Below, piece by piece: positions 17,801 to 26,204 of a DNA stretch of 64,000 nucleotides. Origin of the DNA: a virus. Location: positions 1 to 64,000 of the IMG/VR virus record IMGVR_UViG_3300037193_001894. One strand, 5' to 3'. Position 1 is the first letter of the stretch, and the number at the start of each line of letters is the position of its first letter. The position numbers and the translations under genes were made by a program. The notes below the pieces were generated by a model. The model was not told the DNA's origin and did no database searches. It saw only the letters and a list, made by a program, of their open reading frames with translations.

Positions 17801-18662
17801 GCACGATGATGCCCTCGCTGTGGCGCTCCAGGGTGTCCCAGTCGATCCGGGGGAACTTGCCGTAGAGCCCGTCACGGAAGCCCTCGGTGGAGATGGCCCA
17901 GAGGTTGCGCAGGCCCTGGTCGTCGATCGCCAGCAGCGTCAGGTGCCAGTAGCCGTACATCGCCTCGGAGAAGTCGGTCTTGCGGACCAGGTTCTTCTTG
18001 CGCTGCTCCAGCGTCATGTCGGCCAGGTCGGAGTCGGACACCCGACGGCCGTCCTCGGTCTCCCACCACTCGGCCATGCGGCGGAAGCGGTCGTCCTGGA
18101 AGTAGGCCTCCATGCCGAAGATCGGCTTGATCCCCGCAGCCTCACACTCGCGCTGGAGTGTGGGGTGCCCCGAGCAGACGCCGTGGTCGTTCAGCGAGAC
18201 GGCGCTCTGGCCGTGCTTGACGACCTCGGAGATGACCTCGGTGAGTCGCGAGCGGCCGTCCATCGGCGAGTACTCGGAGTGGGTGTGCAGGTGCACGAAG
18301 CCCGTGGCAGCGCCGGGCATCGCGTCGGCGGCGTCCAGCAGGTCGGTGTAGTCGGGGAAGGAGGGGAACTCGGACCAGCCCCTGATCAGGCTGTAGAAGC
18401 CTCGATCCTCGCTGCGCAGGTCCATGAACCGCTCGGTGGCGATCGCGGCCCAGCCGCCGCTGTGCAGCGGTGCAGCCAGGGCACCAGCGCCTGCGGCTGC
18501 GGCGCGTGCCCAGAACGGTGCGGAGATGTGCAGCAGCGAGTCCGTCACGTACCAACGGATGCCGAGGTCGTCCTCCAACAGGCTGTTCGCCGGATAGGTC
18601 CGGTGATCCACCATGACGGTCTCGGTCGTGCTGCCGTACGTCTCGATGAGTGAGTACGACAT
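14898..18662 (-). CDS. dnaE: DNA polymerase III alpha subunit (DnaE-like) with N-terminal extension
   Basis: PHP domain FVHLHTHSEYS/DHG/SGCL/DSHY, GPGRGSGGGS, PDFDVDF, KFDIL, FNRAHAYGY, C-terminal OB fold. Confidence 0.96.
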   Translation of the reverse strand: MSYSLIETYGSTTETVMVDHRTYPANSLLEDDLGIRWYVTDSLLHISAPFWARAAAAGAGALAAPLHSGGWAAIATERFMDLRSEDRGFYSLIRGWSEFPSFPDYTDLLDAADAMPGAATGFVHLHTHSEYSPMDGRSRLTEVISEVVKHGQSAVSLNDHGVCSGHPTLQRECEAAGIKPIFGMEAYFQDDRFRRMAEWWETEDGRRVSDSDLADMTLEQRKKNLVRKTDFSEAMYGYWHLTLLAIDDQGLRNLWAISTEGFRDGLYGKFPRIDWDTLERHSEGIIVLSGCLRGPLAVPVIEDDEALARERLARLRGIFGDRFYLEVMPNDLPEQKKVNEAMVAFGREHGVPLVATVDSHYPTAEHRHEHKAWVAANTNTDVQDETDLFAHDLGLYVKSEAEVRAGLAYLGFEAVDEAVASTARIADRCTAHIEHRVLMPVYSKVGGEERDVERLLDLCLSNWHRVTNKSYSLDDAMARFEREMALLISKRYCGYYLQVADYVTSAKGAGCLVGPGRGSGGGSIVAYLAGITDLDPIEGGLLFERFLTEGRDSPPDFDVDFPTSWRPWVQDYITDKYGAERVVRVGTHLRLKNKGIIKDLGRAMKSQLPETAWADLEKVSKIITEAEASTAGLGLSWDALWAQEGDLLEPYAAKYPELFDMAERLVGILKSYGKHAAGLVVSTDESLVDSLPLRRGDEEGEGQGQMITQFEMGDLERMGYIKFDILTLRTLDTIQNCVDLIEEKRGHRVNIHQWVDEYHDPMVWDTLSDGLTLGVFQVETASGTRLIQRIRPSNMNEFADVLTLVRPGPKRAGLTDLYIERRDGDSEVIYPDPRLEPVLSKTYGCLLYQEDIMETCKVLAGYTLSEADTVRSILGKKKVEKVQAAGEKFVEGCVVHGMDRQAAQHLWDQMAEFAKYSFNRAHAYGYAVLAYWTAWLKVHYPVEFFTSVLSTVKEERIPEFVNEARRMGFSILPPDINESSTSFTAHGLGVRYGLKAISGLGDAACEKILAGQPYSSFEDFQGRSGVDRGVQATLAKIGAFDSLVPNRRGLETMLLMDKTGESARCQFKTDLPNPEHPFNLGCSFDWASEPAPINPRTGKTLKKKDPPKKCTKACRQYLAPAPLDIATIEPYTDVDVRTIEMEVLGLHLSSTPFDQITNVEDREVLTAQAEEIIDGPEGIYLLAVVVNRVRKHIDSNKNEMAFLSLATERSDLDVVVFSKTWEKFRNNLTTGDLRIVEVIKNERGMNLAAVYPVM

Positions 18663-18685
18663 CGGCTCTCCCTAGAGCAAGAGCC

Positions 18686-18724
18686 CCCTCCCACCCCGAT
18701 GGGGGTCGCGGTGGGGTGGGAGGG
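18686..18724 (-). terminator. Hairpin between the ssb-like gene and dnaE
   Basis: Perfect 12-bp arms CCCTCCCACCCC / GGGGTGGGAGGG. Confidence 0.6.
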
Positions 18725-18739
18725 AGCCCTCACGTTCTC

Positions 18740-19714
18740 TCAGTCGATGTCCGAGACCGACGACGACGCGCCGACCGGGGCGGGCTGGCCCTGGCTGCGG
18801 ACGCGCTCACGCATCGCCGCCAGGCGGTCCTGGTCAACATCGGTGTCGTCGTTCTTGGGCACCTCGGGAGCCGAGGACTCGCCCTTCGACGAACCCTCGC
18901 CCTTGCTCGGGACCGTCTTGGTCTCGTCGAAGAACCGGGCGTAGAACTCGTCGCTGGCCCGGTCGGAGAGGATCTTCACGAGGTCGATGTTCTGAGCCTT
19001 CATCGACTCCTCGTACTTCTTCCACCGCTCCGTGCCCGGGGCGAGGTTCTCGGTGATCCCCAGGCCGATGTGGGTGTAGACGGCATCCTTGCCCTCGCCG
19101 GTCCGCTTGACCACGAAGTCCTGGTTGCAGATCGTCCCGCCGAACGCCGAGGCGATCGCCGACAGCCCGTTGAAGTAGTTGCTCGGGGCCATGTTGACCA
19201 CGACGATCCGGCGCTCCTGGAGGACCTTGCCGGTCGGCTCGCCCTTCTCGTCCCGCTCGTCGATCTCGCGGATCGCGTCGCGGAAGCCGAGCCGCTTGCC
19301 GATCTGCGACTCCTCGATCTCACCGGCCGCAGCCATCTCCTTGGTGCCGACGACCTCCTCGCGGATGCAAGCCAGCGCCCAGTTCCGGATGGTCGGCTTG
19401 CACGGGCGACCCCACTGGTTGGTGAGCCCCTGGTCGCAGATGTAGCAGTCCTTGAACTGCCCCTCGAACGCCTCGTCGTACCGGCACACGGCGGGCATCG
19501 ACTTGGGCCAGTTGCCCTCGTAGTCCTTGGGCTTGTTCTTCGTGGGCACCGAAGCGTGCTGGTCCACGAAGATCCAGTCGTCCTTGTCGGTGAGGTAGCG
19601 CAGGACCTCCTGCTCGCCCTCGTCGATGCTCAGGTACTCGACCCGAGCGAAGCGACCTCCGCCCTGGTTCTCTGCGGCCTTGGTTGCCTGGTCTCCGCCC
19701 TTGCGAAACGCCAT
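18740..19714 (-). CDS. Single-stranded DNA-binding protein (phage type, putative)
   Basis: Lies between primase and polymerase; H/C..CYIC metal motif, DFVVKRTGEGKDAVY resembling gp32-type SSBs, acidic tail. Confidence 0.6.
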   Translation of the reverse strand: MAFRKGGDQATKAAENQGGGRFARVEYLSIDEGEQEVLRYLTDKDDWIFVDQHASVPTKNKPKDYEGNWPKSMPAVCRYDEAFEGQFKDCYICDQGLTNQWGRPCKPTIRNWALACIREEVVGTKEMAAAGEIEESQIGKRLGFRDAIREIDERDEKGEPTGKVLQERRIVVVNMAPSNYFNGLSAIASAFGGTICNQDFVVKRTGEGKDAVYTHIGLGITENLAPGTERWKKYEESMKAQNIDLVKILSDRASDEFYARFFDETKTVPSKGEGSSKGESSAPEVPKNDDTDVDQDRLAAMRERVRSQGQPAPVGASSSVSDID

Positions 19715-19718
19715 GGGA

Positions 19719-20702
19719 TTACCTGCTCTCTATTGCTGGACGCACGGTGTGTGCGCTGATCTGGGTGTGCAGTGCTATTGCGGCGCGAGAGGCCAGGTCG
19801 GGCGAGACCTGGACCCCCTTGTTGAGGAAGACCACCCACTCCTCGTCCACCGAGGCAACGGCGTAGGGGTGCGGCTGGTTTCCCATCAGGCCGACGGCGA
19901 GCGTCGGGCTGATCCCTCTCTCCGACAACTCGGTGATCAGAGCGGCCTGCCACTCGGCGAGCCTCTCGGTATCCCACTTCGTGGTCTTCCAGAGGTAGAA
20001 CGAATACTGCCAGTCTGCACCGACAGTTTCGTGGTGCGGATCCTCATCGAACTCGTCTTCACCAACCGTGTCAAGCGACTCGCCGGAATCACTTGAATCG
20101 GTTACGAGGCCACCCGATGTCTCCGGCTCCAACTTGTACCCCCAGTCGTCGAGCACGGACTCGGCGGTGGTGTAGTCGCCGGTCTCGCTCCTCTTGGACG
20201 CCTCGGCGGCAGCCCTCAACTTGAGGGCCTCCTGCACGTACTCGTCGTCGAGGTACTGCTCGCCCAGAGGGAGCGCGTCGTACGCCCCACGCACCTCGGG
20301 GTTGAGCAACTGGGTCATGCAGTAGGTCAGCCGCCGAGAGTCCTGGCCACCCTTGTCGAAGTAGGCCAGGCGGAGATCCTTGCGGGTCGCACCGACATAC
20401 GGCCAAGGGATGCCCAGGTCCCGGTAGTAGCGGTTGGGGTCCCACGCGAACAGCGGACCGGCCAGCGCCATCGTGCGGCTCGTGGAGCACCTCCGGGGTC
20501 CCGACCCAACCAGCGCAGGCTCTGCGCCCGTCCCAGGCCGGTCTGGGGGCTCGTAGAGCCGCTTGGGGATCGGGTCGTATGCGTCCTCGACGTGCCTGGG
20601 GGCACCCTCGCGCACGTAGTTGATCCCAGCGGTGGACGAGCCGAGGTGCTCCTCGTACTTGCGCACGATGTGGCTGAGGTCCAGTGCCTCGCGGAACGGC
20701 AT
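19719..20702 (-). CDS. Protein with a degenerate DnaJ-like J domain
   Basis: DPNRYYRDLGI...ATRKDLRLAY...LLNPEVRGAYD matches the J-domain helix pattern, but HPD is absent. Confidence 0.65.
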   Translation of the reverse strand: MPFREALDLSHIVRKYEEHLGSSTAGINYVREGAPRHVEDAYDPIPKRLYEPPDRPGTGAEPALVGSGPRRCSTSRTMALAGPLFAWDPNRYYRDLGIPWPYVGATRKDLRLAYFDKGGQDSRRLTYCMTQLLNPEVRGAYDALPLGEQYLDDEYVQEALKLRAAAEASKRSETGDYTTAESVLDDWGYKLEPETSGGLVTDSSDSGESLDTVGEDEFDEDPHHETVGADWQYSFYLWKTTKWDTERLAEWQAALITELSERGISPTLAVGLMGNQPHPYAVASVDEEWVVFLNKGVQVSPDLASRAAIALHTQISAHTVRPAIESR

Positions 20703-20706
20703 CGCG

Positions 20707-21090
20707 CTACTCCTTCTCGGTCTCGTCCGCCAGGTCACCCTCGTCCTGGTCGGACCACTCGTTGCTGCTGGCGGTCTTGGACACCGCGTCGCCGTCCTCG
20801 TTGAGGATCTGGCCGGTGCCGTGCTTCCTGAGGCTCATCTCGTCACCCCCCTCCACGATGTCGTCGTGCTGGAAGACGTAGAGGTACCTGCGGCCGAAGG
20901 GGACCTTGGTGTAGGCGAGCGCGTACTGGTAGTGGAACTGGCCGCGCCTGACCACGTTGCCCTCGGAGTCCTTCTCGACGAAGCAGTGGCCCGGCTCGGA
21001 GAGGAACGGGTCCAGGGGCAGGTCCAGACGACGCTCGTCGCCGTCGGCCGGGCCTCCCCAGAACCCTACGGTCGTGGTCATCGTCATCAT
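20707..21090 (-). CDS. Hypothetical protein
   Basis: 3' part of ORF 20707..22041 (FWGGPADG motif); ATGA overlap. Confidence 0.65.
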   Translation of the reverse strand: MMTMTTTVGFWGGPADGDERRLDLPLDPFLSEPGHCFVEKDSEGNVVRRGQFHYQYALAYTKVPFGRRYLYVFQHDDIVEGGDEMSLRKHGTGQILNEDGDAVSKTASSNEWSDQDEGDLADETEKE

Positions 21091-22274
21091 GCGCACCCCC
21101 CGTCGTGCGCCTTGGCCATGCAGCGGTAGCAGGTCAGCGCGTTCGGCCGCTGCCAGATCACCCAGGGCACGGCCTCGGAGTGCAGGTCCCTCAGGTCGTC
21201 GTTGTCCATCTCCCCAGGATCGGCCGAAAACGGGCTTTCCACGGCCCAAACGTCGGTGTACTGGGCAACCGTCTCCAAGATGCCCTTCTTGGTCACCTTG
21301 CCGCGCCGGTCGGTGAGGTCGAGGTAGGCACCCCAGCCCGCTGGGTCGTTGTCGAGGTGGAACACCACCCGCTTGTACCGGCCGAGCAACTTGGCCTGCC
21401 GCTCGGTGATGTCCGCCCCGAAGGTGGCCACGGTGTGGAAGTCCTCGCGGTCCTGCACCAGCACGCTGAACGGGCTCTCGAAGACGTTGACCTCCTCGAA
21501 CCGCTCGGGGGCGTAGTTGAACAGCGTGGAGTCCTTGGGGAAGTCGGTCGAGGACTTGTACTTCGGGGTCCCGTCGCTGGCCAGCCGTCGCGTCTGCCAG
21601 CCCACCAGGTCGCCGCGCCAGAAGTGCGGGATGACGATGCGCTCGCTCGGGGGCAGGGCCTGCCGGGTGCCGTCGGCCTTCACCCGGAAGCCCATCGGGA
21701 ACCGCTCGGAGTAGCCGATCTGGAACCGGACGGCGTTCTCCTCGGGGACGCCCCGGCCACCGACGTTGCGGCCGTCGGCGTCGTACTCGATCGGGTCGGT
21801 CACCCAGGGGTGCAGCAGCCGCCACGGGTCCAGCACCTGGGGGTCGTAGATCGGCATGGGGGCGCGCTCGCCCTTGGTGCCGTAGAGGGCCTGGAAGAAC
21901 CGCAGCAGCGCGGAGAGGTCCATGACCTCGCCGTCGGTCCCGGTCTCCTTCGCCAGCCACTTGCGGGCCTCGGTCGAGGAGCCGCCCCGGTGCTCGGCGA
22001 TGAACCACAGCAGCCCGCCCGACCGCTTGCACCCCAGGCACTTGAACGTCAACTTCTTGTAGTTGAGGGCGGCGGTCGGGTCGTGGTCCTGGTTGCGGTG
22101 CTCACCGAGCACGCAGGGGATGATCAACTCCTTGCGGGTCGCGGAGTGGCTGTGCACCCGCAGTTGGAACTCGTCGAGGAGTTCTCGGCACAGCCGCTCC
22201 TTCTCCGGCTCCGGCAGCAGCGCCGCCTCGAAGGGCTGGGAGGAGGGGGCTTCGCCCCTACGGAACGCCGTCAT
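21087..22274 (-). CDS. DNA primase (Zn-finger plus TOPRIM)
   Basis: C...H...FKCLGC zinc domain, RIVIP...GWQTR...PKYK, FESPFS, LDNDPAG; true start MTAFRRG. Confidence 0.88.
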   Translation of the reverse strand: MTAFRRGEAPSSQPFEAALLPEPEKERLCRELLDEFQLRVHSHSATRKELIIPCVLGEHRNQDHDPTAALNYKKLTFKCLGCKRSGGLLWFIAEHRGGSSTEARKWLAKETGTDGEVMDLSALLRFFQALYGTKGERAPMPIYDPQVLDPWRLLHPWVTDPIEYDADGRNVGGRGVPEENAVRFQIGYSERFPMGFRVKADGTRQALPPSERIVIPHFWRGDLVGWQTRRLASDGTPKYKSSTDFPKDSTLFNYAPERFEEVNVFESPFSVLVQDREDFHTVATFGADITERQAKLLGRYKRVVFHLDNDPAGWGAYLDLTDRRGKVTKKGILETVAQYTDVWAVESPFSADPGEMDNDDLRDLHSEAVPWVIWQRPNALTCYRCMAKAHDGGCA

Positions 22275-22594
22275 GACCCCACCACCGCCCGGATCTGCTC
22301 CATCTGCTCGGGCGTGCGCTGCGCGCTGTGGTCCACGTACTTGCCGTGCTTGAGGGTGTGCAGGTTGCCCTTGGGCGCACCGCCCGTGGCGGGCCGGTAC
22401 TCCTTGTGCCAGGCGAGCACCGCCTCGATGTCGAACATCGCGGCCCGCTTGCGTCCGCCCGCAGGGCTGGGGGAGATGACCTGCGCGACCATCTCGGGGA
22501 ACCCGTTGCGGGCTCGCCGCTGGTGCCACATGTAGACCTGGTTGGCCGAGACGCCGAGCAGCCTCCCGAGGTCGGTGTACCCCGCTACCTCCAT
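22271..22594 (-). CDS. HTH DNA-binding protein
   Basis: GYTDLGRLLGVSANQVYMWHQR...FP...FDIEAVLAW (AlpA/excisionase-like fold). Confidence 0.75.
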   Translation of the reverse strand: MEVAGYTDLGRLLGVSANQVYMWHQRRARNGFPEMVAQVISPSPAGGRKRAAMFDIEAVLAWHKEYRPATGGAPKGNLHTLKHGKYVDHSAQRTPEQMEQIRAVVGS

Positions 22595-22597
22595 CGC

Positions 22598-23908
22598 CTA
22601 GTCCCCCACCGTGATCTCGTGCCGGACACGGTACGAGCCGTGCTCGGGATCCCAGATGATCTGCCAGTTCTTGATGTCCTCGCGGCGGGCAGCGAGGATC
22701 TGGAACTTCGCCACCTTGTTGATCCGCTCGGCCTGGTTCTGGTGCAGGGCGAACACCCAGTTCGCGGCCCGCTCGACACCGGCCGACTCCGCGAGGTGCT
22801 GCATCTCGTGGTAGTCCTGCTTCTTCGCGGCCTCCATGCCAGCCCGGTTGATCTGGTGGGCCAGCAGCAGCGCGATCGGGTCCCGGCCGTCCTTGATCAG
22901 GTCGGACAACTCGTGGACGTTCTCGTTGAACAACTCGTGCCGGGGCTTGCGTCCGGGGTTCGGGTGCTCGACGTGGGTCAACTGGTCGATGGCCACCCGC
23001 TGCACCCCGAGCATCTTCGCCTCGCGGATCATCATCTCCGGGGTCCTGGAGCCACGCGGCGGGGCGATGATGTGCAACTGCCCCGGCATGTCGGGGAGCA
23101 CCTCGTGGATGAACTTGCGGACCTGCTGGACCTGCTCCTCGTCCACGGTGCCGCGCTGCCAGTGCCGAGGGTTGATCCCCAGGTGCAGGCACACGATCCG
23201 GTCCAGGGTCATCTCGACCGAGTTCTCCAGGGTGAACAGGCAGAAGTCGTTGCCCTGCTCGGCCCACTCGAACTTGGCCACCCGGTCCAGGAAGTAGGAC
23301 TTGCCGACCTTGGGGCCTGCGGCGACCACCGCCATCTCCCCGGGGTGCACCCCGCCCGTGTGCTCGTCGATCTGCGGCAGCCCGAAGGTGATGCCCTTGG
23401 TGGCCGAGCCCTCCTCGACGCGGCGCTCGTACGCGGCCAGCGCGGTGGTGAACCCCTCGGAGGCGAGAGCCCGGTTCGACCGGTCCTGGAGCCGGGCGCT
23501 GACGGTGAACAACTCGTTGGTGACCTCGGCCAGCATCTCCACCTTGGTGGTGACCGGGGCCTGGGCCATCCGGGTGCTGGCGTCCTTGATGAAGGTCTGC
23601 CACTCCCGGCCCGCGTAGAGGTCCTTGAGGCTGTCGATCGCGGACTCGATCGTGTCGATCTCGATGTCCTCGTCGGGGAGTTCGACCTCCTCCTCCTCCA
23701 GCGTCTCGCCCCAGGTGGCCAGGAGGAACTCCCGGCTGGGGGCCTGCCGACGGCCGGAGTCGAAGTAGTAGTCCAGTGCCCAGGCGACCATCGGCCGCAG
23801 CGGCTCGGTGGGCACGCACTCCAGGTCGAGCCCGCGACGGGCCAGGGTCTCCAGGGCGTCGATGTCGCTCAGGCTGGCGTAGAGCACATCCTCGGAGTGG
23901 GTGGTCAT
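22598..23908 (-). CDS. dnaB: DnaB-like replicative helicase
   Basis: AAGPKVGKS, FTLEN, AIDQL, HQINR, LAESAGVERAAN; start MTTHSED. Confidence 0.92.
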   Translation of the reverse strand: MTTHSEDVLYASLSDIDALETLARRGLDLECVPTEPLRPMVAWALDYYFDSGRRQAPSREFLLATWGETLEEEEVELPDEDIEIDTIESAIDSLKDLYAGREWQTFIKDASTRMAQAPVTTKVEMLAEVTNELFTVSARLQDRSNRALASEGFTTALAAYERRVEEGSATKGITFGLPQIDEHTGGVHPGEMAVVAAGPKVGKSYFLDRVAKFEWAEQGNDFCLFTLENSVEMTLDRIVCLHLGINPRHWQRGTVDEEQVQQVRKFIHEVLPDMPGQLHIIAPPRGSRTPEMMIREAKMLGVQRVAIDQLTHVEHPNPGRKPRHELFNENVHELSDLIKDGRDPIALLLAHQINRAGMEAAKKQDYHEMQHLAESAGVERAANWVFALHQNQAERINKVAKFQILAARREDIKNWQIIWDPEHGSYRVRHEITVGD

Positions 23909-24720
23909 CCCAGGGCCACCGGTCGGGAGATGTTGTTGAGCGCGTCGCTCTTGGCGCGCTCGCGCACCCGGATGCGGAAGGACTCCCCGGTGACCTCGTG
24001 GTCCAGGCACGCCTCGGCCAGCAGGCTCATCACTGCCCCGCCGTAGCCGGAGTTCATCTCGTCCATGGAGTAGTTGGTCGTGATGATCGTCGGCCGGGAG
24101 TTGGCCACCCGGGACCTGATCACGGTGTCGAAGATCGAGCCAGCGAGTTCGACCTTGCCCTTGTACTCCTTGCCCACGTCGTCCACCACGAGCACCCCGG
24201 CGTTGGTCACGCGGCGGACGAACCACTCGCGCTCCTCGGCGCTGTGCCAGCCTGCGGTGTAGGCGTCGAGCATCTCGTTGAACTGGGTGAAGTAGCCGTC
24301 GTGCCCGAACGCGATCAGCGACTTGAGCAGCAGGGTCGCCAGCATCGTCTTGCCGGTGCCCGACTGCTTCCCGAGGAGGATGAAGCCCAGCCCCGCGCTG
24401 GTGTAGGCCTTGGCGTTCTCGCCGTACTCCACGATCGCGTTGACGACCGCCTTGGGGACCTGGCTGTCCACGTCCTGCCAGGTGAGCCGCTGGTACTTCA
24501 ACCCGACGCCGCAGTGGCGCAGGTGGCAGTACAGCAGCCACTGGCTGGGGCAGTCGCACTCCGTCTCACCCTCGGGGGAGATGAAGACCTTCTCGCCCTT
24601 GCAGGTGATGCACGAGGCGTAGGGGTCCCGCCACAGGTCGGGGTGGCGTCTGCGGAGCCGGTCGAAGTCGGCGTCAGGCAGCGGCTTGATATGCGACGGC
24701 AGGGGCGGCAAGGTCAGCAT
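23905..24720 (-). CDS. DnaC/IstB-like helicase loader ATPase
   Basis: CITC..CDC, GKQSGTGKT, LVVDDVGKE, PTIITTN. Confidence 0.9.
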   Translation of the reverse strand: MLTLPPLPSHIKPLPDADFDRLRRRHPDLWRDPYASCITCKGEKVFISPEGETECDCPSQWLLYCHLRHCGVGLKYQRLTWQDVDSQVPKAVVNAIVEYGENAKAYTSAGLGFILLGKQSGTGKTMLATLLLKSLIAFGHDGYFTQFNEMLDAYTAGWHSAEEREWFVRRVTNAGVLVVDDVGKEYKGKVELAGSIFDTVIRSRVANSRPTIITTNYSMDEMNSGYGGAVMSLLAEACLDHEVTGESFRIRVRERAKSDALNNISRPVALG

Positions 24721-24765
24721 GGCTCTCCCGGAGTGCTGATGGTCGGTCGGACGCTCTGGCGGGCG

Positions 24766-25173
24766 TCAGGACAGGTTGTCGGCGATGGGTTGTGCGAAGT
24801 AGGGGTCGGAGCCCTTGCAGAAGCGGTTCACGGAGATCGGGGCGTTGCGCCACATCCCGCCATGGACCTGGAACGCGGCCCTGGAGATGGCGACGGCCTT
24901 CTCGATCCCCCAGCGCGAGATGAAGCCCTTGAAGATCCCGGCCTCCTTCTTCGGGTCCCGCACCTGGGGACCATGCGCCGCCTCGATCTCTCCGACCACG
25001 TAGTCCCGCAGGTCCGACCAGTTCCACATGGCCTCGGGCTTGGCCAAGAAGCCCCGCTGGTCGCTCGCCGGGATCACGGTGACCCGTTCCTCCACCTGGG
25101 GGACCGGAGTCGATCGGGTGATCACTCGCCGGGTGGACTGTGCGGTGTCGAGGTCATTGTCGAAGTCGAGCAT
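24766..25173 (-). CDS. Hypothetical protein upstream of the helicase loader
   Basis: 135-aa ORF with AAGGAG SD. Confidence 0.75.
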   Translation of the reverse strand: MLDFDNDLDTAQSTRRVITRSTPVPQVEERVTVIPASDQRGFLAKPEAMWNWSDLRDYVVGEIEAAHGPQVRDPKKEAGIFKGFISRWGIEKAVAISRAAFQVHGGMWRNAPISVNRFCKGSDPYFAQPIADNLS

Positions 25174-25203
25174 GGTCGGGCAACTCCTTGGAGAGGTCGT
25201 AAC

Positions 25204-25638
25204 TCAGCGGGTGGTCTGATCGTTGCGCAGGAGGGTCTCCCAGAACGGAGTCCCGATCTTCTCGACGGCCGTGCGCACCAGGGAGTGCTCGGCGGCGAGA
25301 AGGGAGGTTGAGGAGATGAGGATCAGGTCGGCCCGGCCCTTGTGGACCATGGCGACGGTGATCGGCTCGTCGGTCTGGCTCGCGCCCCACTCGGTGACGG
25401 GCACGGGGGTGGCGACCAGCCAGTGGTAGTCGTCGAGCCCCACGATGTAACCGGCCACCTCGTGGTACGGCTGACTGCCGAGGAACCGGAAGGTGACCTT
25501 GCGGCCCTTCAACGCAGCATGGGTGATCTGCTTGTTCGACATGGAGGAGCCGAGACGACCCCGGGGTGCGAGCGCGCCTCGCGGGCTTTCCGTCACCGTT
25601 CCCCCGCTCACACTGCCTCCACCGAAAGAGAGCCCCAT
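25204..25638 (-). CDS. Hypothetical protein (start uncertain; ~25597 or 25542 also possible)
   Basis: Phage-like codon use from MSNKQITH; small beta-rich domain. Confidence 0.65.
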   Translation of the reverse strand: MGLSFGGGSVSGGTVTESPRGALAPRGRLGSSMSNKQITHAALKGRKVTFRFLGSQPYHEVAGYIVGLDDYHWLVATPVPVTEWGASQTDEPITVAMVHKGRADLILISSTSLLAAEHSLVRTAVEKIGTPFWETLLRNDQTTR

Positions 25639-25723
25639 CCCACTCTTGGACCAGGAAGGGCGGGATGGGGCACGCAGTGGGCCTCACCTCGTCTGGCGAA
25701 CCGAGGGGGTTGTAGGTCAAGTC

Positions 25724-25783
25724 GGTCGATTCAAGTGAATCGACCCAGATCACACAGTAGGACCCGGTAACGACGGAGGTCAA
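25724..25783 (-). promoter_or_regulatory. SigA-like promoter of the replication operon with a downstream palindromic operator
   Basis: TTGACC (25778-25783)-N18-TACTGT (25754-25759); perfect inverted repeat GGTCGATTCA-AG-TGAATCGACC at 25724-25745. Confidence 0.65.
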
Positions 25784-25920
25784 GCACTTCGTGGAGAACC
25801 GTGTTCGGCGTGTCGTGGTAACCGATTGAAACGGTACCGGCGAGGCTCTGCACGGTTCGGAAGTCCGTGCCCGAGAGAAGGTCTGCTGCCCCGAATCCAG
25901 AACGGAAGATAGCAGAAAAG

Positions 25921-25957
25921 AAGGACCCACCGAGCGCGACACGCCCGGTGGGTCCTT
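25921..25957 (-). terminator. Intrinsic terminator
   Basis: 12-bp arms AAGGACCCACCG/CGGTGGGTCCTT followed on the minus strand by CTTTTCT, directly after a stop codon. Confidence 0.75.
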
Positions 25958-25964
25958 GGCTAGA

Positions 25965-26204
25965 TCAAGAAGTTGGCTGAACGGCGGCTTTCTTCTGACC
26001 AGACGGCTGCTTGCGCCTCCGCCGAAGGGTCTTGACCTCAGTCCCCTCGGGCGGCAAGAACGGCGCGATGCACTTGGCGCAGAGATCTTTGTGCACCTCC
26101 CCCGAGAGCACACTCCCCTCGAATCTCTGCACCAGCCGCTGCCGCTGCGAAGCGTTGATCACCGCTCCGCAGCCATCACACTGGTAACCCCGGAACGCAC
26201 TCAT
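25965..26204 (-). CDS. Small zinc-ribbon protein
   Basis: CDGC...DLCAKC, basic tail; ATGA overlap. Confidence 0.65.
   Translation of the reverse strand: MSAFRGYQCDGCGAVINASQRQRLVQRFEGSVLSGEVHKDLCAKCIAPFLPPEGTEVKTLRRRRKQPSGQKKAAVQPTS

Noticed and set aside
4599-23908. Inteins in TerL, RecA, DnaE or DnaB
   Set aside because: No C/S...HN-C/S/T splice motifs or LAGLIDADG blocks; protein lengths are normal.
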